Source of the DNA: Vicugna vicugna
Lineage: Eukaryota
NCBI GenBank assembly: GCA_013265495.1
Contig: MU058221.1
Location: 744,001 to 808,000, forward strand
Length of the DNA stretch: 64,000 bases
Reading direction: 5' to 3'
Shown: piece after piece, positions 1 to 13,824 of the stretch
Layout: every line of letters starts with the position of its first letter
Position numbering within the stretch: the stretch's first letter is position 1
Position numbers and translations under genes: made by a program
The notes under the pieces: generated by a model
The model's database searches: none
What the model was told of the DNA's origin: nothing
Seen by the model: the letters and a program-made list of their open reading frames with translations, nothing else

Positions 1-755
1 AATATTTCAGGAAATGCAAATCAAGACCACAATGAGGTAACACCTCACGTCCATTTAGGGTGGCTACTATCCAAAACAAAAACAGAAAATAAGATGTGTT
101 GGTAAGGATACTGGAGAAACTGGAACCCCTGTGCACTCTTTGTTGGAAAGAAACTGATGGAGCTGTCATGAAAAACTGAATGGCGATTCCTCAAAAAATT
201 GAAAATTGAATCACCACTTCGGGCTATACGTCCAAAATACTTTTAAGAAGTGTCTTAAAGATGTATTTGTATAGCTAAGTTTGCAGCAGCATTATTCACA
301 AGAGCCAAAATGTGGAAGCAATCCAAGTGTGTCTAAATATGAGTAAAAGGATAAAATAATGTGGCCCATACTTTGGCATATCACTCAGACTTGAAAAGGA
401 AGGGATTCTTGCACATTCTGGAACACAGGTGAATGTTGAGGACATCTTGCTAAGTGAAATAAGCCGATCGCAAAAAGACAAGTGCTGTATTATTCCCCTC
501 ACGTGAATTGGCCAGGCTAGTAAAATTCATTAGACAGAAAAGAGAACCTTATTTGCGGGGGTTTATTGAAAAGGGGGGTGGACAGGAATTATTGGTCAGT
601 GGGTATAAAGTAATGGTTTTGCAAGATGAAAGTAGTTCTGGAGATTGGTCGCACACATCGGAACTTAACTCTACTGAACTATATGGCTTAAAAGGGGTTA
701 AATGGCAAATTTTAGGTTATGTGCTTTTCAGTACAATTAAAAATATTTTAAAAAG
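1..755 (+). mobile_element. Old LINE-1 (L1MA/L1MB-like), end of ORF2 plus 3' UTR, cut by the window edge
   Basis: Typical L1 3' motifs (gaaatgcaaatcaagaccacaatgag; ggaagcaatccaagtgt; gctaagtgaaataagcc) ending in an A-rich tail; no intact frame. Confidence 0.9.
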
Positions 756-933
756 TGACAATTGATACAATAGTCCTTGAAATAAAATATTTGCATCTAT
801 TTTCAGCTTTTTCTTGTAGTATTTTAATATTATCATGAATAACTGACATTCACATCTAGATGTTTTAAAATAAATCTGCAGAATGGGAACAAATGTGTGG
901 GGAGAAATTGACAAACACCTAAAAATAGAGGTC

Positions 934-1589
934 ATGGCAGGTCGTCTCCGAAATGGCTTCAGTTATGTCCTCCATCCTGATATTCGTGTCTGCAGTGCCA
1001 TCCCCTCTCCTTGAGTGTGGGCTGGACCTAGAGGCTTAAAATTAATAGGATACAGCAAAGGTGACGGGACGGCATTTTTAAGGTTAGGTCACATTATACT
1101 CCCCTGTTGTTCTCAGTCTTTCTCACAGTCTGTCTGTCTGTCTGTCTCTCCCTCCTCATTTGCTCACTCTGATGAAGCAAGTTGTAGTGTTCTTAATTGC
1201 TCTTTGAAGAGGCCCCAGGCAAAAAAAACAAACAAACAAACAAAAAAACCCAACAACAACAGCAAAAAAAAAAACTGAAAAAAGACTTTGGCCAGTAGCC
1301 AGCAAGCAAAAAGGCCCTCAGCCCAATGCCCACAAAGAACCACATCCTGCCAGTGTCCATGTGAGTAGCCTTGGACGTCGATCCTTTCTCAGCAGGGCCT
1401 TGATGTGACCCCTGCCTTGGTCAACACAGGGCTTCTCATAAGACTGAACTCTTATGAGGGGCCCCAACACTCAGAGGACCCAGTCAAGCCAAGACCAGAT
1501 TTCTAATCCACTTCAATTGTGAGGTTATGATTTTTCAAGCCACTACATTCTGAAGTGTTTTGTTCGACCAAAATAGGTAATGACTAAGA
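934..1589 (+). mobile_element. MaLR solo LTR, MLT1E/F-like
   Basis: cccctctccttgagtgtgggctggacctag near the start and ttcaagccactacattctgaagtgttttgtt near the end resemble the MLT1 consensus. Confidence 0.8.
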
Positions 1590-2539
1590 CGAATGCCATT
1601 GAGTGAGAGAGGAAAGAACTGTAAAGGAATTTACGAGACAAAGCAGACAATGCTGTCTAAGCAGAAATGATTTCCTGAAGTTTGAAGCTGTGGATGTTCA
1701 AAATTTTGCTTTTAGGTGGAAAACAAAGACCAACTACGTTTATTCTGAACACACTTTTATGATAGCCTCTGGTGTCACCATGGACCAGTCTACCCCATTT
1801 CTTCCTCAGAGGAAGCTAGCTCCCAGCGTAGTTTATAAGGTTGTATTTTACATCTACCTGTCATGTGTGCGTGTTTGGGGTTTAGAAGCTGTGGAACGGG
1901 AGGGACTGGAAAGGAATGAAGCAGGTTTCTCAGTCATTCGTAGACATACCCGCCCCAGTGTCTGAATGAACACTCAGAGTTTGAAGCGACATTTGAACTG
2001 CATGAATTTTATATCTGGAATCTCGCAAGAGAAAATCTGGTCCTCGCTAATTGCCAGGAATGTGCGTTGCTCAGCCGTGTACCATGACCAGCGCAGTTCC
2101 ATTAGTCCTAAATGCCAGTACATTCCCTGTAAATCCTTAGCTGCACTATTTTTCTTCTCTGGGTTTTTTCGACTAGCCAACTCTAGCAACGAGCAGGCAA
2201 AGCTGTATTTAATTTGAAGTGTGTGTGATTATGGAAATACACATTTGCAAGTGACAGAAGAAATGAGCTCACTAGATTCAGTGGTTGATCAACAGTTTAT
2301 ATTCTAGAATCTAATTTCTTAGTAATTCAAATACCTCACCATTTGAATGTGCTTTCTAATCTGTGCTTCTCCGTAAATTGGGAACTAGGCAAGGTACTGG
2401 CTCCAAGTGCAGTCAGCGTGATGGAAGAACCCAGAGAGCCCAGGTCCAGACCTAATGCCATTTGTCACGTATCTACTCACCGCAGAGGTAAGTAAGGGAA
2501 CTAGTAGGTAAATGGAGAACAGTGTATCTCAGTCACACT

Positions 2540-2646
2540 GAGTGTGTTTCAAGTGCTCAGCTGCCGTACGAGTCTAGCGGCCACCGCCTGCACAGCACAG
2601 GTTTGGCGCATTTTCATCATCAGGGAGAGTTCGTTGTACAAAGCTG
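2540..2646. mobile_element. hAT-Charlie MITE fragment (MER3/MER33-like)
   Basis: tttcaagtgctcagctgcc...ctagcggccacc...cattttcatcatcagggagagttc resembles MER3. Confidence 0.65.
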
Positions 2647-2659
2647 CTTTCAACATCAT

Positions 2660-2775
2660 CCTCTTTGGTTTTCCCATCTTTAAAAACAAAAATGAAAATC
2701 CCTGCCTACCTCACAATATACGCAGGAGGATCAAATGTGAAAATGAACGTAAAAGCTCTTTGCTTGTGTACCGTA
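2660..2775 (+). mobile_element. MIR SINE fragment
   Basis: gttttcccatctttaaaa...cctacctcac...gaggatcaaatgtga resembles the MIR core. Confidence 0.65.
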
Positions 2776-5149
2776 CTATTATCATGATTATTGTTTCCGC
2801 TGTTTTGATTTATTTTTATCAATGAAAATAGGAAACCTTTGGACGAGTTTACAGGACTCTTCTCAGAGGCAAACATGGCAGCTTATACAAACATGTTTGC
2901 AAAATGAGGTGTTTTGTGCTTGCACTTATAAATTACTAGTTTTAATATTTTAAAAATCATTTTCAATATTGTCACCATTGTAATTGATGCAGTTTGTACT
3001 TCATTTTCTAAATAAATATTGTTCTTCTAATAGAATGAGATTTAAAAAATTATACTGATTGGTATTCACAAAACGTTTCAATGAATAAAAGTGCAGAAGT
3101 GTGTCATACATTGTTTTTGATAATATGTTAACTGCCTGAAATACATTTTGAATTAATACTTTTTAATTAATTAAAAATTAAAATTAAATTAAAATGATAA
3201 CTAAAATAAAAACAAAACACACTTCACAAGGATTGGGGACTATGCTGCGTACAAAACTGAGTACCGGCAGTGTCTGCTCACTCAGAGGTTGATATACATG
3301 GACTGAATGATTACAAAATCACACTGGTACACGACTTATTAAACCATTTCCTTTTTCTTTTTATTTGGAGATCTGAAAAACCTTCCCTCTGTTTTCTAGT
3401 CTCTAGCAATTGTGCCTTTTTTAAAGGTGTTTTAAGAATACTAAGTCTATTTGTTCTGCATCCTGTGCCTGAAACTTGCAGACCCCTAGTAACTCCATGT
3501 GGGCGCTGGTTTTCTGTGACTTAGACGCTCACCACGCCTCCCACTGCTTTCATCACTCTGACAGCATTTTGTGATTGTTGTGAAGCTGGAGAGGAAATTT
3601 TGAGCAATGCCAAAACATCAGAGTGAGATAGCCGTCCCATAATATATGCATGCGTGACACTAAAGAAAAGCTGTTAGGTTTGCATCTGTAATTAAGAATG
3701 TTGCCCACAAAAATTGAGATTAATACGTTGACACTGTGCTTTGACAATGCTCAGTACTTCCTGCAAAAGCTGTTGGTCATTTTAACATGACAGTATTTAC
3801 GTTATTATAAATTAACACAATTTACAATAACAGAATATAATATGAAGTACATTAATGTAAATTAACATTTTGGCTATTGTAAATGAATATAATGCTATGA
3901 TATAACATTTAATTATATCAATTTTATCAATATGTCCTTGGCATATTATTTTAACTTTGGAAATTTCTCTTTGAAATTTGGTTATTCTAGGGCAACAAAG
4001 ACAATTATCTTAGATATTCAAATAAATTATTTTAATTGCTGAAATATTTTATATATACATTATATAAATATATATATGAATTTCTGCATACATAAATTCT
4101 AGGTATTTTTATAAATATATAAAATACAAATGCACACGTTTATTTGCAAACTGAAGCATGGGCACCAAATAAGTGTGTGTATGTGTACAAATATATATAC
4201 ACATATATATTCATTTGCAAGTTAAAGCATGGGCACAAAACCAATATATATTTATACAGTTTCACAGTAAAGCATAGACATAAAATATTAATATCAAATA
4301 AAGATGCTTATCATAGACCCCTATCCAATTTAAATAAAAATGATTAATTTTTATTTCACCAAAATCATAATTCATAGAAAATCAATTCTAAGTGCTATTT
4401 GAGCCTGAAAGCCATGAGGTCAGCTGGATGGCAAGCTCTGTGTACCTCTGTGTAAGTACCATCAGCAGAAAATCACAAGTAATATGAAATTAAAGAAAAA
4501 GTTAACAGCAAATGACAAATCAAAGGCGAAAGCTTGACGTGTGGGGCTTTTTTTGTATGAGCTGGTTGTACACTTTGACTTTTTCCACATACGTGGAGAC
4601 CAAAAAGCATGACTCTTCTGATGCATACTGCTATAACTTTATTAATATCCTCTTAATGTATACATAGTAAAAAAAACTCTCTATAATTCTGAAGAGATCA
4701 TAAATTTCTACCTGGAGTTACAAAAATAGTTGGGAAAAAAAAACTATGAAAGTTTTACAAGCAGACAAATGCTTTGGCATGCCCACTTAAGTCCTAGTTC
4801 TCTCTGGTCTTCCCGCTGAAGTGACTGATGGCCATGGAGCCTGGGTGCCGGAATCACATTCGCGTGTCGTCCTTGTGTCTTTACACTTCTCTCATTTCCA
4901 GAAAATAGCTGGGCTTTTTTGTTGTTGTTGTTGTTGTTTTATTTGAATGACAAGAAAAAAGCTAAAAGTGCTCCCTCTCATTTTGTGTAATTTTAAGCTC
5001 AGCTAAGAAGAATTCTAGGATTTCCAGGGAAATGGAGGAGGAAGAATTAAGAAGCCACTAGACAGGAAGGACCGAGACTGAGAGAAGGGCAGACTAACCT
5101 GCGTCCACGGGAAGCCACAGCATCCCAGGGAGAAGACAGGACAGCATCA

Positions 5150-5345
5150 AACACGTGTCTGGAGCTTGCTGTGTGCAAGGCACTGCTTTGAGAACTTCAC
5201 CTGCATTTACTCATTTACCCTCAAGAAAATCTTTGAGACCAGGTATTAGAATTCACATTTTACAATTGAAAAACCTGTGGCAAAAAGAAATTACGGAGCA
5301 TATGATGCCGCACAGCTAAAAGCAGGGACAGTACTTGACTCTGCT
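5150..5345 (-). mobile_element. MIR SINE
   Basis: tgtgcaaggcactgct...ctcatttaccctca...cattttacaattgaaaaacctgtggca is the antisense MIR core. Confidence 0.7.
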
Positions 5346-6849
5346 CCACTGCCTCGGCCCCCACCCACTGTCCGCTTTCACTGTCAGTGGTTGAACTGGG
5401 TCCTAGGCTTCACTTACATGACACCCTGTTGGTAAATTCCTCCCTGCCGTGGCATTAAATAAAGCCCGTGAGAGTTTGTCTCTTTAAAGGTGATGATATG
5501 TGGTCATTAGAGTCTGAGGATTTCTAAGATTGAATTTTCTACCAACCTGGTAGAATGGATGTTCAGAGATATAATTAAGTTACTTTAAAACAAAATTTAA
5601 ATATATATTGATATTCCCACACATTTTCAGACAGGAAATAATATGCAAGATACGTCAAGAGTTTGGGGCAACATATAATACAGAAAGAACTAGATTTGGC
5701 AGAAGTCTGATAAACCCACCATTCACCAAACTCAAGCAATCATAAACCACATATACGTGAAGCAGATTCCATTAGATCAGTATGATTGTTACAGAATGTT
5801 CGGGATCAAAGATGGGGAAGCTGGAGCAGATGGGAGGTATAAATCTTGATCCAACCATGGCCGTGAGGAAGGTCACAGATGCCTGAGATGACACAGAGTT
5901 GACATCTGTCATCCCCTCCTTACACTTGGAGGCAGCTGGACTTGCTAGGCAAAGAGATTTGGTATTTTGTTTGCTTTTCTAATAAATAAGGTAAAATGGG
6001 GCCAAGAATGAGAGCGAAGCCCTAATCAACTTCTAGCGACACAACCAAAACAAAGCCAGAACCACGTCGTGCTTGCTGCCATGACTCCACAGTTGTCTGG
6101 CTCTGTCCTTGACTCTTCAGATGTGAGACTTCCTGAGCTGGAAAGGACATTATTGGTGAATACGAATAGTTTTCTTCCTACCCCATTTGAGTGTAACCAG
6201 TTTAAACTAAAGCAAACCCATCTCCTGAGGTGGCCCTTTGGAAATGTCAATGAAACAGAAGCATGCTGAGTTTGCAAAGAAGAAAACAATCATGGAAACA
6301 AAAAATAGGCATGCAACCATAGGGAGGGGAAAGAAGTGAGAACAGAGAACAAGAAAAAAAAATGTTACCTGGATCTTAGCTGGGAACATCCCTGCCCCCC
6401 CCCTTTTTTTTTTTTTGAGAGGTGAGAGGAGTGGGGGGAAGGAGTTGCTTAAACAGAAATTTATTTTCTCAGTTTTGGATACTAGAAGTTAAGGATGCCC
6501 TAACATATTGCCCTTAACATAAAACATGACACTTGGTCCTTCCATTTCAAACAAACAAAAATTAATCAAATTTATTGTTGAAACACTCATATTCTAAAAA
6601 TATGCTGGTGGCCCACCAGGGGGGTCATGGTGAGTATCTGAGAACTTCTCACAACTTCCCTGATTCCCTCCACCTCTTTCCGCACACATTACAATTCAGT
6701 AATCATTCTTTGGTTTTTGAGCATTCTCTTAGCTTCTTATCCACAAGCAAAATATTTTTCCAATAGAATTTTCTCTCTAAGAGGAATTCTTTTACCAGCT
6801 GTTCAGGGAAATCAATGTTTCACTTCAGATGAAAAACATGATAATTGAT

Positions 6850-7340
6850 GTAAAAACTGTAATGGGGGAGTGTGCAGAATGCTGGACATTGTAGAAAACC
6901 TCATGAGTATTAGATGTCAGTTTTAAGACATCTCTCACAAAGTACTTGAGGAAAAAAGGAAAAGAGACAATTATAAGAGTTAGGAAGACACAGGGAAGTT
7001 CCCTGAAATATGATTAACAGTGCAGACTGAAGTCCAGAACAAGATAAAAACCAATCATCAAGAAATCATAAAGTGAATCTTTCTGGGGTGATGGAACACT
7101 TGGGTGTAGACATCAAGATGACTGAAAAACTACCAAACACCTTAAGTACACAGAGAGCCTCAACTTTGTACTTAGACCCATAGGAAGATTTAAATGTCAA
7201 AGCTAAAGAGAATAAATAAAATTTTCTAAGTATTTTCAGAGAAACAAGCATAAAACCCAATTCATTAAAAAAAAGTTTATGTTAATGCTAGATGTTTTTT
7301 AGGCATCAGTAATGCCAGGGAGCTATAAGATAACTGGATC
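6850..7340 (+). mobile_element. Very old L1/HAL1 ORF1-region remnant
   Basis: A-rich degenerate ORF1-like phrases (gggaagttccctgaaa; cagactgaagtccagaacaagat; agaaacaagc). Confidence 0.45.
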
Positions 7341-7629
7341 AATACAGTTTGGGGAGAGGGACATACATATATTTATAAACCTATGCATGTGTATGTGCTT
7401 ATTTATTTATTTTAAGTCCTTCCATCTATAACAAATAAATCATGGCACCAGAAAGACATTGTCAGAAATATAAAAATTTCAAAAGGCAATGTAACCTAAA
7501 AAATGAAAGTAAAAAGTCTTAAAGATGTACCCCAGATGACTGAAAATGTACTCTCATTAAAACAATGGTAATAAACAAAGTTAAAATAAACAAGCAAAGC
7601 CCTGTGTTTCCTAAAATGTGAAGTAGAAG

Positions 7630-10600
7630 TGATCCTCCGCTTTCCTGCTGACTACGATGATAAACACTGGAAAGAAGAAGGTAGACCGGCAAGGGACACT
7701 GGTGTCCAGGGAATGGCACAGCGGTGAATCCTACGGGCTTTCTCTTTTCTTCATCTATTCCAGACTTGGAGCTGCAAAAGCTGGTAACTTGGAAACACCA
7801 AATAGATACAGGCAACGCCCCCCAAAGCCTGCCTCTCTCTAGCAAAAGGACCATGAAAGAGATGGTCCAGTGAGATAGAAAGCTTTCAGAAAATAGCTAT
7901 TATACTGCATCCAAACCACACAAAAAATTATGGCCTCGCCTCCACCCACACCAAGAAATGCCTATGATGGAACCCTGACTTCCCACCTGCTAGTGGTTAT
8001 ACACATCTGCCCGGCTCTGCTTCTAATGAGAATGGATCAAAGAAGGCTAAGTGGTGAGCCAGGGTTTCCGTCCTTGCGAAGCAAGTGGGACTCCTGTCCT
8101 TCCATCCCCACTAGGGGTCACAAACAACCCTCCTTACCTTGATTGAGGTGGTGTCAGAGTGGGCCTCAGAGAGAGTCAGGGCTCTGCGACTGCTCAGCAG
8201 TAAAAAGAAGCCCATCCTGTCCTCCAGTGTAAAGGAGGCTGAACGGTGGCTCTCGACTTCCATTCTAGCCTAGCATTCCCCCTCCCCCTGTCAGAGCAGA
8301 GTCAGAAAAGACCAATCAGAACAAAATTTAAATGAGATCCACACTCCCATATCCAAATATCCAGGATTCAATTTAAAAAAAAATCTATTGACATACCAAG
8401 AAACAGAAATAAATCAGGAATCTGTGGAACTATTACAATAGATCCAAGACTCAGAGTCTCAGGAGAGGCAGAGCTGGAAAAAGGCAGAGTTGGAAAAAGT
8501 ATTCAAATAAATAAACGAAAATTTCTCCAAATTGCCAAAAGACATGAACTCATAGGTTCAAGAAACTGAGGAAATTCCAAACAGGATAAACCCAAACAAA
8601 TTCATGCCCAGACATGTAAGTGAATTTCTGTAATATAGAGAAAATGAAAAATTTTGAAAGCAGACAGAGAGAAACAACACATTGCTTAGAGGGGAAAAAC
8701 ATTTTGAATGACAGCAAGTTTCTCATCAGAATTCATGGAAACCAAAATGAAGTGGCTCATTTTTAAGCACTAAAATAAAGGAACTGTCATTTCAGAATCT
8801 ACATCCCATAAAAATACCCTTTAAGAAATAAAGAGAAAATCAAGACAGTCTCAGATGACAGAAAAGAAAAGAAACAGAAGAGAACAACAGTAACAGAAGA
8901 GAATTGTTACTAGACAATTTTCCCTGAAAGAATGGCGTAAGGAAGTTATCTAAACAGGAAAAAAAAAAAAAGAACAAATTTTGGAACATCAGGAAGAAAG
9001 AAAACAACCGTAACAGAAACAAAACTACAGCTCAAAACAACAGCCTTTTCTTCATCTGCTGAGTTTCTGAATTACATCCGCTGGTTAAAGCAAACATTAT
9101 AACACTGCCTATTACAGCGCTCGATGAACGTAGAGGAAATATTTAAGGGAATTACATTATAACTGAGGGAAAACAGACTATGTAAGGGAAGAAAGTTTTT
9201 CTGCATTTTACTCAAACTGGTGATGTCTGACGACTATAGACTGTTATAAGTTGTGCACCTACAATGTAATACCTAGGGAAAACATTTTACAATTCTATAC
9301 AAAAGATGCACCTAAAGACATCATCGATACGTTAATTTGAAATTCCAAACAATGCTGAAGTAAGTCACAGGAAGAGAAAAAAAAAGGAAAACAGAAAAGT
9401 AATAGACAACAAACAGAAAATAAAATGACAGTCAAAATCCCTGACACATCCATAATTACATGTAAACAATCTGTATTCAACAATTAAAATACAGACTGAA
9501 AGAGTGGATGGAAAAATAGGACACAACTGGACACTGTCTACAAGAAACTCACTTAAAATAGAATAATACATGTGGGTTGAAGTGAAAGTATGTATAAAGA
9601 ATATTTAAATAAACAAAAGAAGGCAGGACAGGGTATGTTAATATACCAGACAAAGTAGATGTCACAGCACAGAAAACTACCAGGAGCAGAGAAGGTCCTT
9701 AATGATGGTGACATAGGTAACATAATGATAAAAGGGTCAGTCCACCCATAAGACAGCAGTACTAAACGTGCACGCACCAAACAACAGAAACGCAGAATGT
9801 GTGAAGCAAAATTGATAAACTGAAGGAAGACGTAGACCAACCACAACTGTAACTAACCTCTCCACATGCACCTCTCAAACAGGGACAGGAAACGAGACAG
9901 AAAATGGGCAAGAATGTGAAAGGACTCAGCATCATTATTAACCAGCAGGATCTAATGGACATTTATATTATACTCCACCTATGAGAGCAGACTGCGCATT
10001 ATTCCCTCAAATAAAATAGACCACATCTGAACCATGAAACAAACCCAGAATCTTAAAAAGGACTGGAATCACAGAGTGTATTCTCTGACCGCTAAGGCAT
10101 CAGAGCAGAAACCAGTAATAGAGCCGTAACAGGACAACCTCCGAACAGTTGAAAACGAAGCATTGCGCTTCCAATAGTCTGTAGGTCCAGAAGGGAGCCT
10201 GGAGGGAAATAGAAAAGGAATGCGCTCACTAATGAAAGCGAAATTACAACAGTACATGCGTGATGCCACTGAAGCAGCGGTGAAGGGAAAGTTGTGTCGC
10301 TAAATGCCTACGTTACCGAAGAGGAAAAGTCTCAAACCGACCTTCTGAGCTTCCACATTAAGGAGCTGGAAGAAAAAAGCAAAAATGAACTCACAGTCTG
10401 CAGACGTCAGGAAATCATAAAAACACAAGCAGAAATCAGTACAGTGAGAAAACAGAGAAACAACCAAGAAATCAGTACAACAAAATCTCGTGCTTTGATG
10501 AGATCAATAAAATTGACAAACCTCTAGCATAACAGACAAGGGAAAAGGAAAGAACACATCGATGCCATAATGAAACAGGGGACAACGCAGAGCCTCCACA

Positions 10601-13500
10601 GACCTCAAAATGGTAATGAAGGAATGATACAAATAACTCTACAGAAATTAATTTGACAACATAGAAGAAATGGACCAATTCTTAACAGCACAAATTACCG
10701 TCACTCGGTCAGCATGAGATAGATAATGTAAACAGCCCTATAGCTATTAAGGAATTGAATTTAGTTTAAAAACCCTGAAAAGGAAATATTCTGGCTCAAA
10801 TAGTTTCACTGGAAATTATACCAAACATTTGAAGAAGAATTACAAATCTTAAACGAGCTTATCTAAGAAAGAGAAGAGGGGTGGAGCTTTGTAACTCATT
10901 TTCGGCAGTTAACATGACCCTGATCCAATCATACGATCTCTAGGTGGCAAAAACTGTAGAATGAAAGAAAGGAAGACAAAAAAACCAGAGATAAAAATTC
11001 ATCATGAATAACAGACTCAAAAGTCCTTAACAAAATGTTACCAAATAGAATTCAGAAATATATGAGGTCAAACAAGACTAACTGTGATTTACTCCAGGGG
11101 AGCAAGGCTGCATCAATATTCTAAAATCAAGAAATATGACCAGCTATGTTGAGAGGCTGTGAAAGAAAAACTATATAATCTTAATAATTGATGCAGAAAA
11201 AGCACTCGGCAAATTCAACACCCACTCATTATGAGCTTCCCATAGAAGGAGGATAGAGGGCTTCTCCAACCTGATTTTAAAAATCTGCAAAAATGTCTGT
11301 AGCTAGCATCCTACTTAATGGAGAAAGACTGAATGTTTTTTCTCTAAAATTAAGAATAAGGCAAAGTTATGCATGTTCACTGTTGCAGTTCAACATAAAA
11401 ATGGAAGTTCCAGCCAACAAGATGTGAAAAGGAAATAAAGGCATACATACTGGAAAGGAAGAAATAATCCCAAATACAGATGACTTCATTTATTCATACT
11501 TGGAGAATCACCCCAAACCATCCAAAAAACCTTTCTAGAATTTATGTGAGCTCAGAAGCATCAGAGTATATGAAAAACATAAAAAGTCAGTTTCACATTT
11601 ATATGCTGTCAATGAACATGTGAAAATCAAAATTAAAAATACAGTACCTGTTTTAACCCCTCAAAAAAGAGAAATACTTACATATCCATCTAATAAAATA
11701 TGTACAACCTTCAAATGTTGTAAATTATAAGATGCTGATGAAATCAAAGAGGATCTAAGTACATGGAAAGATACAACATGATTATGAGTTGGAAGACAAC
11801 GTACGAAAGAGAGAAACTCTCCGTGAAGGGAATAGATATTTAACACAATTTCTATCAAAATCCCAGCGAGATATTTTGTAGGCATATATAAGATTATTGT
11901 AAAATGTGTATGGAAAGGTAAAAGATATAAAATAGCTACAACATCTCTAAAAATATAATAAATTCATAGAAAGTATTATTCTACCTGATTTTAAGACTAA
12001 TTTTAAAGCTACAGCAATCAGAACTGCTTGACATTAGCAAAAGGTTAGATGCATAGATCAACAGAATAAGACAGAGAATCCAGGAACAGAACTATGGAAG
12101 TCCAGCCCACTCGTTTTTGACAAAGGGACAAAAGCAATTCAGAGGCAGAATAATAGTCTTTTCAATAAATTGTGCTGAAGCAGTATGATACCCATAGACA
12201 AAAAAAATCTCAACCTAAACCTCAAAACTTAAAAAAAAGTTAATTCAACATGGCCTGTAGACTTCAATGAAAACATAAAACTACAAAATGTTTTGAAAAC
12301 ATGGGAGAAAATCTTTGAGACTTCAGCTTTGGTGAAGAATTCTTAAACATGACAGGAAGACATCCATGAGAGAAAAAAAGATGATAAATTGGATTTTGTC
12401 AAAATTTAAAAATTTTGCTTTGGGTAAAATCCAGTACAAAGAATGAAAAAATAAGTTATAGACTGGGAGAAGATACTTACAAATCATATATCTGATAAAG
12501 AACTTAGATCGAGTGTTTATAACAAGCTCACAGAAAATCAATAGGAAAAAATGTATTTGGAAAATGGGTTACATACTTTTCTTTGAAGAGGAAGGATTCA
12601 TGGATGGTATACAAGCATGTTAGGTGTTTAGTATCAGTAGCCACTAGGAAAATGCAACTTAAGACCATAGCGAGATGTCACTGTGTGTGTATTAGAAAAT
12701 TAAACACAGTGACATTATCAAATTCCGGTTAGGATGTGAGGAAACTCAATCTCTCACACATTGCCGATGGGAACTGTGTGATGGTTGAGTCACTATGAAA
12801 GAAAAAAACTAGGCAGTTTCTTTAAAAACTAAACAGATCAATTGCACTTCTGGGACTATATCCCAGAGAAATAACAGCTTATATCCACACAGAAACCTGT
12901 ATATGATTTTTCTTAGCAATTTTATTCCTAGTGGCCAGAAAGTGAGAGTAACAAAAATCTTACTTTTATAAGCAAAAGGTTAAGCGAAGTGTAGGTTTTC
13001 CATATCAAGGAGAACTATTAATTAATAAAAAGGAACAAAATACCTATATATGCAGCAAGAGCATGGCGCTGCGTGCAAAAAGCTAATATCTAAGGGTGAA
13101 GTATTTTGTGATTCCACTGGAGTAACACTGCTAAAATGAGAGACTTAGAGAGATGGAAACTGATTAATACTTGCCAGGGTTTAGGGCTAGTTAGGAGTAA
13201 GGGGTTTGGGCGTGACCAGAAAGGGGTAGCACGATGCCTGTCTTTGCGGTGATGCCGTCATCCTGTCTCTGGCTTTTGTGTTGTGGTGGTGGCTGCCATG
13301 AATAACGTATGTGATAAATGACAGAACTCTATTCACGTTTGACGAAGCTGTCAGTTGACTGATTTTGCGATTGTGCTGTAGTTGTGTAAGCTGCAGCCTG
13401 TGGGGGAAAGTGGATGAATGGCATGTGACGACGCTCTGTGCTGTTTTTGTAACTGTCTGTTACTCTATAATTAATTCAGATTAAGAAGTTAGCAACAACA
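7630..13500 (+). mobile_element. Near-full-length ancient LINE-1 (L1MC/L1MD-like) with 5' region, ORF1 (~8340-9000), ORF2 (~9420-12900) and 3' UTR, all frames disrupted
   Basis: Colinear L1 landmarks: ORF1 (aaacccaaacaaattcatgcccagaca), endonuclease region (caagaaactcactt), RT region (attgatgcagaaaaagca; cagatgacttcatt), C-terminal region and an L1MC/MD-type 3' end (gggggaaagtggatgaatggca). Confidence 0.9.
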
Positions 13501-13824
13501 AACAGACCAAAAATAATGAAATAAGATAAATGTAGGGCATTGAGACAGTATACTAGCAAACATTCGTGTTACTATTAAATCGTTATTTCTATCGTATTAA
13601 AGGAAATGGCTAAAAAGCTCAATATAGAGTAAATTGATGGCTGCATGTCCCCACCATTCTCATTTTAAATATATAAATCCTACAACTCAAAAATCTCAGT
13701 GGGTTTTATTGGAATAAGACAAAATTCTCATAAGGTTTACCTAGAAGGATAATATGAGCAATTTTTTCAAGAAGAGGATATTGGGCAGGAAAAAATATAG
13801 TAAAGACGTGTGGCAGCAGGAGAG

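Noticed and set aside
3533..3659. Minus-strand exon-like block with one open frame (MGRLSHSDVLALLK...)
   Set aside because: Appears to overlap a degraded MIR, has no partner coding exons and the peptide is unrecognised.
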